From Chiloscyllium plagiosum (lineage: Eukaryota): a stretch of DNA of 64,000 nt. Shown piece after piece: positions 37,015 to 50,000 of the stretch. The stretch covers positions 23,670,313-23,734,312 of the forward strand of contig NC_057719.1 in the NCBI RefSeq assembly GCF_004010195.1, given 5' to 3'. The position numbers and the translations under genes are program-made. Each line of letters starts with the position of its first letter. Position 1 is the stretch's first letter. Below the pieces are notes generated by a model. The model made no database searches, had not been told where the DNA came from, and saw only the letters and a program-made list of their open reading frames with translations.

Positions 37015-37355
37015 TTGACTTGATTTGTGGGATGTGGGTATTGCTGGCTGGTCAATGTTCATTGCCCGTGCCTAGCTGCCCTCGAAACATTGGTGTTAAA
37101 CTGCCTTCTTGAAGTACTGCAGTCTATGTGCTGTAGTTAGACTCACAATGTCCTGAGGGAGGGAATTCCAATTATTTGACCGAGTGACAGTGAAGGAACT
37201 GCGATATAGTTCCAAGTCAGAATGGTGAGTGGCTTGGAGAGGCATGTGCTGAGGGGGGAGGTTTCCTCTGTATCTGCTGCCTTTATCTTTCTAGATGGAA
37301 GTGATTGTGGGTTTGGAAGTTACTGTCTAAGGATCTGTCTAAGGTGAATTTCTGG
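37015..37355 (-). mobile_element. LINE family B 3' end
   Basis: gggatgtgggtattgctggctgg...ttccaagtcagaatggtgagtggcttggag, as at 27978. Confidence 0.85.
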
Positions 37356-39175
37356 ATTAACTAATGATTTTGAATCTGTTATTTGCAATTTTTAACCAAT
37401 GGGAAGAACACACGTAATGTCCCCACATCAAGCTACCTTAATTTGTACCTAAACCAGAGATCCTCAACTCATCCAGTCCTCAAAACCATTCTTCTATCTA
37501 ATCAGCTTTGCAGCCTTAGCATTGCTGGGAGGTACTAACCACACATCTGCAATAAAGTTTGCTGCTTTTCTGCACTTTGTATGCTTAGTGTCTGAGAATC
37601 ATTTTACTCCCACAAAGGGCCCACTTCAGCGTCTGTTCTCATTGCTAAACCATAACTTACATCTTTTAACTGGAGGTGTCTTAGAATACCTCGCCCTCAA
37701 GCTATCTTCCTGGTCAATCACCATTGTAGCTTATCTTTACTGCTAAGATAGACACTTTGAGGTCCAAATGTGGTAATTTGTCCAAGCTGTAATTCAATTC
37801 ACTCCGAAAGAGTGCAGTTTTTTTTAATCAATTGGTAGCACATTTAAGATTCTCTTAATAGCATACCCCAACAATCACAAATTATCCCAATAATGCATAC
37901 TAATTAAGTCCATCACTAAACTTACATATAGTACAATTTGATAATTTAATCCTTATCAACCACATTAATGTGTGAATGACGTGAAATCTAATAAAGTGAT
38001 TGTTTTTTATAATTTTACACTTCTGGCTTGGAGACTGGGAGATGACAGCTGTTCTGTGCCTCAAATTATATTCATTGCACCCACACACTTTCTGCACCCA
38101 TAATCAGCTAGCAGTTGTCATCCAAGTTAAATCCCACACACAAAATAACAAACTATAAACCTTTCTAGCTAACATAAAACTCTTTTTTGTTAACTTGCTA
38201 ACATACAAACCACTGAGAGATATTAATTTGATCCAACTTTATGCATCAACACTTTAGACATTAATTGACTTCGAAGATTTCCGTCAAGCATTCGATAAAT
38301 ACTGGCTGTTGAACATTGAATCTGGACTAAGGTAGCATATAGAAGTATGAAGCCACATACACTTCTACCCACTGCTGCTGGTAAATAAATAGCTGTCAAA
38401 ATCTCACAATACAATGTTGCAAATCTTCGTCAGTAGAAGGAAAGTCTAATGCAATATTTGTGTTCAAAATATTCCTCTATTTTGTGGTCAAAAAATAATA
38501 TCTTTTTATTCGTTCACTGGATGTAAACGTCACTGGTTAGGCCAGCATTTACATATAACCAAGGGACAGGAGTAGGCCATTCAGCCCCTTGAGCTTGTAC
38601 TGTCAGCTTATTGTCCATTAGTAATTGCCCTAGAGAAGACATTGCTGAGCTTCTTCTTGAATTGTTGAAGTCCTTAGGCTGTTCCAAAGGACATTCCAGG
38701 ATATTAACTCAGTGGCAGTGATGGAACAATAATATAGTTCCTAGAGAATGTGGTGTGTGTCTTGAAAAGGACTGTGGTGACCCCATGCATCTGTTGTCTT
38801 TGTTTATCTCAGTGCTAAGGGTTGCGGGTTTGAAAGGTGCTGTGAGAGGAAAAATGTTGCATTGCGGCAATGTGTCCTGTACGTGATGCACACTGCTGCA
38901 ACTGTGCATCATTGGTGGTGGAACTGAATGTTTAAGGTGGTGAATTCCAATCACATAGGCTTCTTTGTCCAGGATGGTGCCAAACTTCTTGAGTATCATT
39001 TGCAACTTCAGTCAAATGGTAATCCACAAATTGGGACCAGATTGTTTCACTGTATCAGGACTCCCAAAAGGTGCTGAACAATCATCAGCGAAAATTCCCA
39101 TTTCTGACATTATGGTGGAGATAAGGTTCATTGATGGAGAAATTGAAAATTTTTGGGCCAAGGAAATTACCCTAA

Positions 39176-40417
39176 GTCATAGGGTCATACAGCACAGAAA
39201 CGGACAGTTCAGTCCAACTTGTACATGCCAACTAGATTTCCTAAACTGAACAAGTCCCACTTCCCTGCATTTGTCCCATATCCCTATAAACCTTTCCTAT
39301 CTATATACCTGTCTTTTGAATGTTGTAATGATTCTCGCCTCCACTGCTTCTTTTGGCAGCTTGTACATGCCATCCTCCATGTGAAAATGTTGCCCCTTAG
39401 GTCCCTTTTAAATCTTTTCCCTCTTACCTGAAACTTATAGCCTCTGGTTTTGGACTCCCCTATCCCAGGGAAAAGACATTGGCTATTCACCTTATCCATG
39501 CCCCTCATGATTTTATAAGGTTACCTCTCAGCTCCCTCTGCTCCAGGGAAAAAAGTATCAAACTACTCGGCCTCTCCTTATAACTCAAACATTCCATTCT
39601 CGGTAACATCTTTGTAAATCTTTACTCCACCCTTTCCAGTTTAATAACACCCTTCCTTTATCAGGGTGACCAGAATTGTAGGAGTAAATTACTGCAGATG
39701 CTGTAATCTGCATTACAACCTTGTGGACTTGATGTTGAGTTCCACACCTTCAAATATTGAATCCAGTCCCATTCCTTCCCTCTCTTTAAGCTTTATTTGT
39801 TACATTCTCTGTCACCATGTCCTCTCTCCCCTTACCCCACTCCAGTGGGACCTCCGTATTCCTTCCAGTCTGGAAGTTAGACACACCATTGTTCTGCCAT
39901 TCTCACTTAATCTGAACTATCAACACCCTTTCTCCCCCAGCACTCCACCTGCACTATCCCCAACCATTGCATAAATGCTGTTCCCTCCACTCTTTACTTC
40001 AGCTCTGATGAAAAGTCATCTAGACTCAAAATGTTAGCTTCCTCTCTCTCCATGGATCTGCCTGACCCGCTGTGATGACCAGAATTTGATCTTACCAATG
40101 TCTTGTACATCTGCAACATACTTCCCAACTCCAAAACTCAATGGTCTGAACGATGAAGGCATGCATGCCAAATGCTGTTTTCACCACCCTGTCTACCTGT
40201 AATGCCACTTTGAAGGAATTATGTACCTGCACCCCTCGGTCTCTGTTCGACAACACTCCCCAGGGCCCTACCATTGACAGTGTAAATCTTGTCCTGGTTT
40301 GTCTTACCAAAATGCAACACCTTGCATTTATCTAAATCTGCCATTCCTCAGCCTATTGGCCCAGTTAATCAAGATCCCATTGCACTCTGAGATAAACTTC
40401 CTCACTGTCCACTATAG
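39176..40417 (-). mobile_element. CR1 (HER1-like) 3' part with a PLE insert
   Basis: agtcatagggtcatacagcacagaaac tail; ORFs MRGMDKVNSQCLFP and QVDRVVKTAFG. Confidence 0.9.
39678..40087 (+). mobile_element. Neptune-type PLE 3' fragment with decayed hammerhead
   Basis: 39713-39760 translates as LQPCGLDVEFHTFKY*; ctgatgaaaagtcatctagactcaaaatgtt at about 40005; inverted tail ctgcagatgctg at the 5' end. Confidence 0.75.
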
Positions 40418-41919
40418 TGCAGAGATATCCTAAAGCTGAATTGATTGGCATTCAACAACCCTAACCATCTTCCAATGTGCTAAGTATAATTCAAACCCCC
40501 TGCAGAGTTCTCCTACTGATTCTCATTCACTCTGGTTTTGCAAGAGTTTCATGCTGCCACACTTAGTCAAATGTTTCTTTGATGCCGAGGGCAGTCACCT
40601 CTGGAATTCTTTTGGCTATATTTAAATGGAACTGTATTGAGTTCAGGAGCTGAGTGGCCCCAATACAATCCAAATAGAGTGATATTGAATAGCTGATTCC
40701 TCTGGATGTGCTGTTTAAGCATTGTCAAGTAGCCTTTTCATCACTTTGCTGACGATCGAGAGTAAACTGATTGGGTGGTAATTGGCCTGTTTGATTTGTC
40801 CTGCTCTTTGTGCACAGGGCATGCCTGGTCAATTTTCCATGTTGTCAGATAGATGCCAGTGTTGTAGATGTACTGGGACAGTTTGGCTAGGGACATAATA
40901 AGTTCTGGAGCATAGGTCTTCAGTACTGAAATCGTAATATGGTCAGGGCCCAAACATACCCACTGTCTTCAGCCATTTCTTAATATCAAGTGAAATGAAC
41001 TAAATTGACTAAAGACTGGACTCTGTGATGCTGGGAGTGTGCTGAGATGAATCATCCATTTGACACCTCTGGTCATCAATGCAAGTATTTCAGCCTCACC
41101 TTTTGGCACTGATGTGCTGGGCTGCCCCAGCACAGAGGATGAGAATATTTGTTGAGCTTCTGCCTCCTGTTAATTGTTTAATTGCCCATCACCACTCACA
41201 ATTGGATCTGACAGGACTACAGAGCTTAGTTCTTCATCTGTTGGATGTCGGATTGCTTTGCTCTGCTGGTTAGTTTTTACTTGTACCATGTGCATGCAAA
41301 AAGTCCAATGTTGTCACTTCAAAAGCTTCAGCTCGGTTTCAGATTTCTGTGGTACTTGTCCTGGAATGCCTCACTGCACTCTTCACTGAACCAGGGTTAG
41401 CTTCCTAGTCATGATGGAGAGTGGGACGTTCCAAACCACAAGGTTACAGATTGACCTGAAGAATAATACAGTTAGTACTGACTGCCTAATGAGTACCCTG
41501 TATTGATTTAATTAACCTGTTCAAAGTCTGCCCTATTTATTAGGGTGATAGTAACTTACAACAGGATGGTGTGTTTCCTTCATCTATTGGAATGTGTGGT
41601 GGTTACTCCTACTGATACTGTCACGGGCAAGTGCATCTGCAGAAGGTAATTTAGTGAGGATGGGATCAGGCAGATTTTTCCTTTCAGTTGGTTCTTTTGC
41701 CAGCTGCAGAAGACCCAGACCAGGGTCCTTTAGGACTTGGCCAGATTAGTCAGTAGTGGTGCTACCGAGCCACCCTTAATAATGGACTTTGAATTTTCCC
41801 AACGAGAATATATTTTATTCCCTTGCCATCCTCAATATTCCTTCCAAGTTGTGGTCAACTTGGAGGAGCCTGATCCATCAGTCAAGGGGAGGTGAACAAT
41901 GTTCCCTTGAGACTGTTTC

Positions 41920-42130
41920 AAAGGACAGTTATGAGTCTGTGGGCCTGGAGTCACATGTAGACCAGACCAGGTAAGGATGACAGATTTCACTTCCCAAGTG
42001 ACATTAGTATCAGGTCACTTCCCGTAAAAGTCAGCACCGGTTAAATGACCGCTATTAGGGCAACTTTTGATTCAACATCTTTTATTGAACTAAACTTCAC
42101 TTTCTGCCGTGATGGGTTTTGATAAAAGCA
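41920..42130 (-). mobile_element. SINE family B fragment
   Basis: gggcctggagtcacatgtagaccagaccaggtaaggatgacagattt. Confidence 0.75.
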
Positions 42131-42139
42131 TTACACAGA

Positions 42140-42390
42140 GATATTGATCAATTAAGTGATTGAGTAAAACTGTGGCAAATAGATTTCAGTGTAAATAAAT
42201 GTGAGGCCTCAAAAGATTTGAACATAGCACTTTGTGGTGAAAAACTAAGAATAGATAAAGCCCAAAGAGACTTCAGAATCCACAAATATAGATCATTAAA
42301 TGTCATGAACAGGTATAGAAGATTGTTAAAAAGACTAATAGGTTACTGGTATTTGTAACTAGAGGACCATAAAATAAGGGGGTTCAGCAA
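42140..42390 (+). mobile_element. Old CR1 RT fragment
   Basis: tggcaaatagatttcagtgtaaataaatgtgagg resembles WQMxFNVxKC. Confidence 0.6.
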
Positions 42391-42774
42391 TATTAGGTTC
42401 TAAATGAATCAGTGTACATTGAGCAGATATCCATCAATAGCACCTCAGCTTGGGCAGCAACAGTTTGGACTGACTGCCTGATGGGTAACACCAAAGATAC
42501 TAGCAGAGGGCAGTGGTTAAAACACAAATCCTGAAGGAAGACAGTAGGCTCCTGCTCCATGGAGCTACCACCACTCTCCAAGGCAGCACTCTCGTCATCT
42601 GTTGGAGGACAAATGACACAAGACCTTTTGAACACTGGTTCCCACAGCCATGATGGCAACCATCTGAACTTCAGGGAGAGCAGCCTGGACTTGCAAGCAG
42701 ATTTCTCACTGAGCTTTTATTATTCAGCTATCTAAAATAAAAACTGAGGTATCTACCATCAGATACTACATCAT

Positions 42775-43425
42775 GGGTGGGTCAGTGCTATCATGCTGAC
42801 AAAAATGCATTCCGAGCTCTGGGAACACAAGCTTAAATCATATCTCTTCAACTGGTGGAATTTGAAATTGATTAATAAATCTGTAATTGAAAACTAGCCT
42901 CAATAATGGTGATTAGGTTACCTACAGTGTGGAAACAGGCCCTTCAGCCCAACAAGTCCACACCGACCCTCTGAAGAGTAACCCACCCAGACCCATTTCC
43001 CTCTGACTAATGCGTCTAAAAATATGGGCAATTTAGCATGGCCAATTCACCTGACATGCAAATCTTTAGACGTGGGAAGAAACCGAAGCACTCGGAGGAA
43101 ACCTATGCAGACACAGGGAGAATGTGCAAACCCCACACAGACAGTTGCCCAAGGCTGGGATCGAACCTCGGACCCTGGTGCTGTGAGGTAGTAGTGCTAA
43201 CCACTGAGCCACCATGCAATTTTGTCATTAATTGTTATACCAAAAATCTGGTTCACCAATATCCTTTAGAGAAAGAAATCTGGCATTCTAATCTGATCAG
43301 GGCTACATGTGAATCCAGTGGTTGACTCTGGCCTCTAAAATGGCTGACCAGAGATTCAGTTCAAGGGCAATTTGAGATAGACAACAAATGTTGGTCTTGT
43401 CAGCAACACCCATGTTCAATGAAAA
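42775..43425 (+). mobile_element. SINE family B hosting an HE1 SINE
   Basis: ggtggaatttgaa...aatctg...aatggtga, resuming atctggttcaccaatatcctttagagaaagaaatctg. Confidence 0.8.
42911..43218 (-). mobile_element. HE1 V-SINE
   Basis: cagtgtggaaacaggcccttcagccc...gtgctaaccactgagccaccatgc. Confidence 0.93.
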
Positions 43426-44756
43426 GGTAAAGAAAGAGAAAAGCTCTGTCCCAGGTTATTGTCAGCCTCCTCCACACTCCTTGACACTGACAGCAGGCTT
43501 TCTGTGGGGTTTCACAATGCACCAAGTATTTTGTGGAATGTAACTTCAGCTTTCTTCCATAGGCTGACCCCTTCAAAGTCTACACTGTAGACCTTAATGC
43601 CTATCATTTGGAGCTGAGTAGTAGAAGCTCAGTCTAAAGTCAGCTTTTGTTGTCACTGCAAACTGGGACTGCTCTTGTTAAAGTTCAGGTTACTGCCATC
43701 ATGGTTATGTGTACCACTGTTACATAGTATCATAGCAGCCTAGCAATTTGTCTTCCAACTGACTACTGTGGTGTCTGCACCAGAGATGAGGATGAGCAGG
43801 AGTATGCTGTCCTACTTCAGCATAATAGCCTTTGTTCTCCCATTACTGCCCTCCACTCATGTCTTTGCTGTTGCCCATCAGGCAGCCAGCCCAAGCTGGC
43901 CCAAGACACAGTTGTATTTGAACTCATACTTCAGCTAAATTATTAATCCTTGCTTCTTGGCAATCCATCAGCCGAACCACAACCAACCATGACTGTACCT
44001 GCCATTCAAGTGAATGTGGGGGAGAGAACCGTCCAGCTGCGATACAAAAGAATTTTCATCCCGGAATGTTCATTCCAACTACAGCCATGAAATCAAGATT
44101 TTCATTACTTAAAACGATTACATGACCTTGGATAGCAGCTGACCTAAACTGGTGCCTTACGGTTTGGACAAATAATATTGAGAAAGTAAACTAGCATCAA
44201 ATGCAAAAGATGTTGAATGTGCCCCAAACCATTCAAATCTGTCTGAATGAACTTCTCTTCAGGTGATTTCCACCATGCATCTTTATCATTTTAGGAGCAG
44301 GAAATGCATGCATATTGTTTAATATTCTATTTGAAACCTACTGCTGCTTGATCAGGGAACAAGTTCACCATTTAAAGATGTTGATGAGGCCATTATTCAA
44401 AATGACCTATTTCCCCATGGTTGCAAAGAGGTGAGTTCAATTAGAAAAAGATACAGAGGTGAAGGCAAATAGGATACAAATTAAATTATAATTTCAATAA
44501 AAAGCAGTTAAGTGATACAAATCACCAAGCAGTAATTTGCTTTCTTGTTTCCTTCTGAGAGGTGGCATTTTAAACATTTAATTTAAATCTTGATTGTTAC
44601 AGGTATTACAGTCAAGTATCACTAGATCTAATGATCCAATGTAATCTGGAAGGGGAAATTAACTGGATCCATACGAGATAGGATCATGTGGGAGGGGAAT
44701 AGGGATGTTAAAATCAGAGGGAGCTGTGTTAGATCCACTCTCAATCATTTCCTTTA

Positions 44757-45243
44757 GAAACAGACTGTTAAACTTGAAAGGGTACAGAAAAGGTTTGCAA
44801 GGATGTTGCAGGAGTTAGTGGGTTTGAGCCATAAGGAGAGGCTGAATAGGCTTAGGCTATATTCCCTCTTTTCCCACAGAGGCTGAGGGGTGACCTTACA
44901 GAAATTGATAAAATCATGAGGGGCGTGGATAGGGTGAATACTTAAGGTCTTTTTCCCAGGGTAGTAGAATCTAACAATAGAAAGTGTAGGTTTAAAATGA
45001 GAGGGGAAAGACTTAAATGGGAACTGTACACAGAGGGTGGTGCAAATATGGAATAAGCTGCCAAAGGAAGTGGTGGAGGCTGGTACAATTACAACATTTA
45101 AAAGGCATCTGGATGGGTATATGGTAGAAATAGGAACAGTCCAGAGGGATATGGGCCAAATGGGACTAGACCAGTTTAGGATATCTGTTCGTCATGGATG
45201 AGTTGGACCAAAGATTCTGTTTCTGTGCTGCACAACTCTATAT
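44757..45243 (+). mobile_element. CR1 (HER1-like) 3' end
   Basis: aaacttgaaagggtacagaaaagg...gagttggaccaaag...ctgtttctgtgctg. Confidence 0.9.
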
Positions 45244-45273
45244 CCCACCATTTAGGAATCTTACCAACTGGAA

Positions 45274-45589
45274 GGGCAACACGGTGGCACAGTGATTAGC
45301 ACGACTCACTCACAGCGCCAGAGACCCGGGTTCAATTCATGTCTCAGTCAACTGTCTGTGTGGAGTTTGCACATTCTTCCCATGTCTGCGTGGGTTTGCT
45401 CCGGTTTCCTCCCACAGTCCAAAAATGTGCAGGTTAGGTGAATTGGCCATGCTAAATTGCCCGTAGTGTTAGGTGAAGGGGTAAATGTAGGGGAATGGGT
45501 CTGGGTGGGTTGCTCTTCGGCGGGTCGGTATGGACTTGTTGGGCCGAAGGGCCTGTTTCTACACTGTAGGTAATCTAATCTAATCTAAT
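45274..45589 (+). mobile_element. HE1 V-SINE
   Basis: Full head, V-domain and (ctaat)n tail. Confidence 0.95.
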
Positions 45590-45709
45590 TACAAGCTTCC
45601 TGCTACAAGGAGGTGTGCTGTGCAGGAGCATGAAAAAAATACAACTAAAACCTAAGATGTGAAGAATTAATCAAATTTCACTTTTAGCAAATAACCATAA
45701 TTGACAGAA

Positions 45710-45802
45710 TCAAAACGTGTAGTGCTGGAAAAACACAACAAGTCAGGCAGCATCCGAGAAGCAGGAGAGTCAACGTTTCGGGCATGAGCTCTTCATCAGG
45801 AA
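45710..45802 (-). mobile_element. PLE-derived hammerhead monomer
   Basis: Reverse strand ttcctgatgaagagctcatgcccgaaacgttga; 8-bp TSD tgacagaa at 45702 and 45803. Confidence 0.85.
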
Positions 45803-46389
45803 TGACAGAAACCAACTAACATGCTTTGAAATGAATGCAAATTGTGAGGCACTTATTGCACTGCTCCTTTATTGCTGAAAAATGATTGTTTTCAACGTAT
45901 TATCTGGGTCGCTGATTCACAGTAAATGAAGCAATAACACACCAATTGCAAACATAAATTGTTTGTTTACACATTTAAATAACCTCCTATCTGTTCCAGG
46001 GCACCAGTAGTATGCCCTTGGGAGCACTGGTCACATCAGTGTTGGGAAGAGGATTGTAAATTATTATTCCATCAGTTTCAGCTTACTGCTACCATAAGTG
46101 GGAGATGTAAAGACCTAATTTAATTACGATGATAACATACATATTTGTCAACACACTCGTTTTTATTCCTTGGACAGCAACCTGGCACTGCAGATCACTG
46201 ATGGTTACAGAACCCACCTCATTTGCAGCCCACAATGTCAATCATTCAACCTAAATTCATCCCTTTTTTGATGGATATGTTAGGCTGAGATTTGGCCTCA
46301 TTAGTACTAAACATATCTAATAAATCAATTTTTAGTAAGTGTAATGGACAATCAACGATGGACAAATTCAGAAAATGATTAAGGAGGGG

Positions 46390-47030
46390 AAAGTGGCACA
46401 GAGATTCTCCAGCAATCTACTGCGCTCCTGCTGGACAGGGGTGCAAAGGAGGGGTGCCCTCTTTCCAGAGGTGAAACAAGCTAGGCCACAATGTCAGCTC
46501 CTGGCAACCTGTACCAAGGTTGCCACCTGATCTGGGCAGTTTCAGCAGTTCTAGAGGAATGGACAACAGTGCAACAAGTCCATCAACAACCTTCTCCGCT
46601 CTGCCAGGATACGTGCCACATTCTGCTCTCTGCTACCTCACACTTACCTTGTCTCTGCCTCCGTACCCACCTCCCCCAACCAAGGCCCAAGCTCTAACAT
46701 TCACATTATTGCCTGCAGTATCTTCCCTTGCACAGTCTTGTTTCACCCCAAACCTCTCACAGCCCTACCCCTACATGGCCTTTGTCCAACCTAATCGCTA
46801 CCTTGGAACACCTCACCTCCTATACCCCCACCTGCACCAACAGTAACACCATGCCACCCACTTTGTGTTCACTCAATTCCTTCCTTTCCTTCATTACAGG
46901 AGAAAACAGGGTGAAAAGAGCCCAGATCTACAGAGGGGTGCCCAATATTTGACTCCTCATCTCCAACGAGAAGAGAGTTGACGCTACTAGGAGAAGACCG
47001 GGATCACTCCTCGGGGATGCTGAGATATCC
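46390..47030 (+). pseudogene. Harbinger Myb/SANT-like (ORF2) gene remnant, two exons
   Basis: Frameshifted AQRFS..LLLD..VQRRGALFP...KVA...NGQQCNKSINNLLRSAR; acceptor ttcattacag near 46899 followed by RGVPNI..L...EKRV..LGEDRD. Confidence 0.7.
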
Positions 47031-50000
47031 ATGTCTTGCCATCTGAATAAGTGATACTCTTCAGTCCACTGCAATTCTCACATTGTTCCCGCTGTCAGTG
47101 TCATTTATTGTGCATTACTTTTAACCACTAGCTGCGATATTTATGTCCCTTTTGTCTAATTGATACCAACAGAATGTCCACGTGGAGAAAAGGCCTGCTC
47201 TACCATAAGCCACCTCCTGGATCTCTGTAGAAGAGAGTACATAGGCCTTGGAGGAAACATTGTCCAGACCGCCCCTTACATCCCCTGCCAGCACAGATGC
47301 TGACAGTTCGGAGAAACCGTTAATGCTGGAAAGTTTGAGAGCAGTGAACTGATAGCTCCACAGAGAGCTTAGGAAGAAGTGGCCCAGGCCACTGGCTCTC
47401 GGAGGACTGCCAGAGACCAAACACTGGACAAGACTCAGTGATGTTAGGCAATGATGGAATTTGTCCACAGGGAGGAATACAAGGGCCAGGCTGGTATGTG
47501 GGAGACAGTCACCTACATTGCCCAGAAGCCGCAAGTCATGTGACTGTCTGGCTGCCTCCAGGATCAGATTGGTGGATGCAGTGGAGAATGAGGTCCAAAT
47601 TCCTCAGGTCTAAAGTGAGGTGCGTACAAATGCTCTCTGTTTGCCCAGCTGTTGACCCTCAGGGACTGAAGGCATGGCAACAGGGAACAAGGAACCTGGT
47701 GAGCACTTCCTCACAAGGAGAAACAGTGGTGCCAGGAGGCACTTGAGCAGAGGAGGAACCAAACAGTAACCTCTCAGATGTCACCACTCAATGCACTTCA
47801 GATGCCAGACCTTAAACCTCAGCCCTCCCTTTGGAAGTTACAGTCCTTGCCTCTGACAAACATGGCCCGCAGCACATCTGTACAAATGCCCCCAAGGCCT
47901 GCTGACCAAACATCCAGGGCTGATGGGCTTTATTGCCAATCAGGTTCTCTCTGCTCCAGCTGCGGAACCAGGGGCTACACTAAGACAAAGTGGGAGGCAG
48001 AGAATGGAGATAATTGATTGAGGACATTTTGGTGGAATCGGTGACATTGCACTGAATATCAAGTCTCACCTTTGTATAAATTTGATTGTTTTTGCACGAG
48101 CTCCTTTCTTTTAAGTCTCTGGGTAGCCCAAGATGTAACTCTGCCAGCACGATGTCTAACCTCAGGTCTGCATCTTAGGTGCATCATGCATTGATGTTAA
48201 GACCCTCCGGTAGCATGTAAAATTAACAAGGCAATGGGTCATGATGGCACTATTGTCCCATGTCCTATAACAGCCGTATTCTTTCCCTAGTCTCGGTGCC
48301 CACAAGTGCAAATGTGAATGAAGTGGTCAGTAATTTCTGAGACAGAGAAATGTGCAGCATACAGGGATCCACTGGCTTAGGATCACTCAGGACTAAGGAT
48401 CCTACAGCTCTGACCCTTTGCAGAGCATGGGCCAGTGTTGTTTTCTGTTAAAGGACATCGTATCAGTGGATACCTACACTCCAGATGTAATTGCAGCATT
48501 TTTCTTCCTACTGTGTAATTTTCAAAGCCATCAGTGAGTGCTCTTCGGGCAATGACTTCCAGCCTCAGCCTCTACATGACGGTGAGCCCCTGAACATCCA
48601 GATCCCATTCCTGATAGCCCATTCGTGGACCTCAGAAACATTGGACCCAACCCAATTACATGAGTTTGTATCTGTCCACCTTTCCCGTCTCCTCTGGCAT
48701 TTGACCATGCACTGTCCCTCCTGCTTAAACACCCTTTCCTCATCTGTTCTGAAGGGTACATTGCCATTTAAGCTCTCCTACCCTGCAATTTATCATGGAC
48801 CTTCTCTTTTTGTTCTTCATTAGCTTCAGCCCCGCTTCACTTGCTCAAAGCCTGTTACATTGCTATTTTCCTTCAATTCCAAAGAACAGCCCTTGATTTG
48901 AAGCAGTGGACAGAATGTTGCAGTGATTGAAGAGTCCCACAACATTTCTCATGCCAATTTGCTAGAGATGCCACCAGAAGGTCTTCCTCTTGAGATCTAG
49001 AGCCCTGGTGGTGGAATTCCCGCTTGCCAGGACCTACCAGTCAATCATAGTTCAATATCTCGTCTGCATCTAGCAGACAGATGATAGCTACTGCTACCAG
49101 GACACAACTTTGATGCTCAGATTGAGGAAAGACCCAGGTACAGAAGAGTTATGGCAGGAAGAGGATCGGAGGGTGAGGCCATGAGAGAAGAAGAGTGTGG
49201 GAATTGGCAGCAAGGGCAAAAGGGTGTGGGGTCCCAATGCTAGGACCTTCCTCCAGGCAGTGTGCCTTTTAATGAAGGACCACTCCCAGCAGCCCACAAG
49301 CAAACTTGTCTGTCATGTTCCCCCATGGTAAACCTGCCCAACCCCCAGCTGGGTAAACATTATGGAAAGCCTGTGAATGATGAACCTCCCCCAGGAACCC
49401 AGAAGGAAACCTGACAGAGTTGAATACCACAAGTTGGAGATCAGGAGTAATTAATTGCCCAATTAAGGGTCTGAATTGATAACAAGGCGATTCCCAGGCA
49501 TTCCCACATGCCCAGGTTGGATGTTGCAAGTTGGGAGCATTACAACCTACTACCTTTTCCCTGACTCAATACTTGGGTCCTCTCCCACCCCCAACCCCCT
49601 CCTCAAATTAGTTACAACAGTATTTCTGCACACTTTTGAACTTTTTCACATGCTCTTTGGCAATTTGTACCATATTTCCAACATATAGTACATTATGCAT
49701 GATACATCAGAGTTCTTCAATGGCCAAAAATGGAAATAAGATATTGCAAATGAATATTTCTTAAGCGCAGAATCAATATAATACCAATCTCTTGAAATGG
49801 AAGAGTTTGCTTGGCATGCCAATTTCCCTGAACAAGTTCTTGGTCTCTTGCAGGTCCAAACTATTCAGACAGTACAGATCCTGACAACTCACTACATACA
49901 AAGCTTTAACCTCATTTTCTTGTCAGCAAATTCACTGCATTTTCAAGTCAGTCTTTCATGCTCACAGGACAAGCGGAAGAATGACGGCAGTTTCTCCTTA

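Larger units (their letters stand above)
38500..41880 (-). mobile_element. LINE family B, long decayed copy interrupted by CR1 at 39176-40417
   Basis: 3' tail at 38500-38550; ORF GPDHI...LKTYAPEL...WKIDQACPVHK at 40741-40953. Confidence 0.85.

Noticed and set aside
42395..42760. GC-richer segment that might be a minus-strand Harbinger ORF2 remnant
   Set aside because: No diagnostic motif could be read
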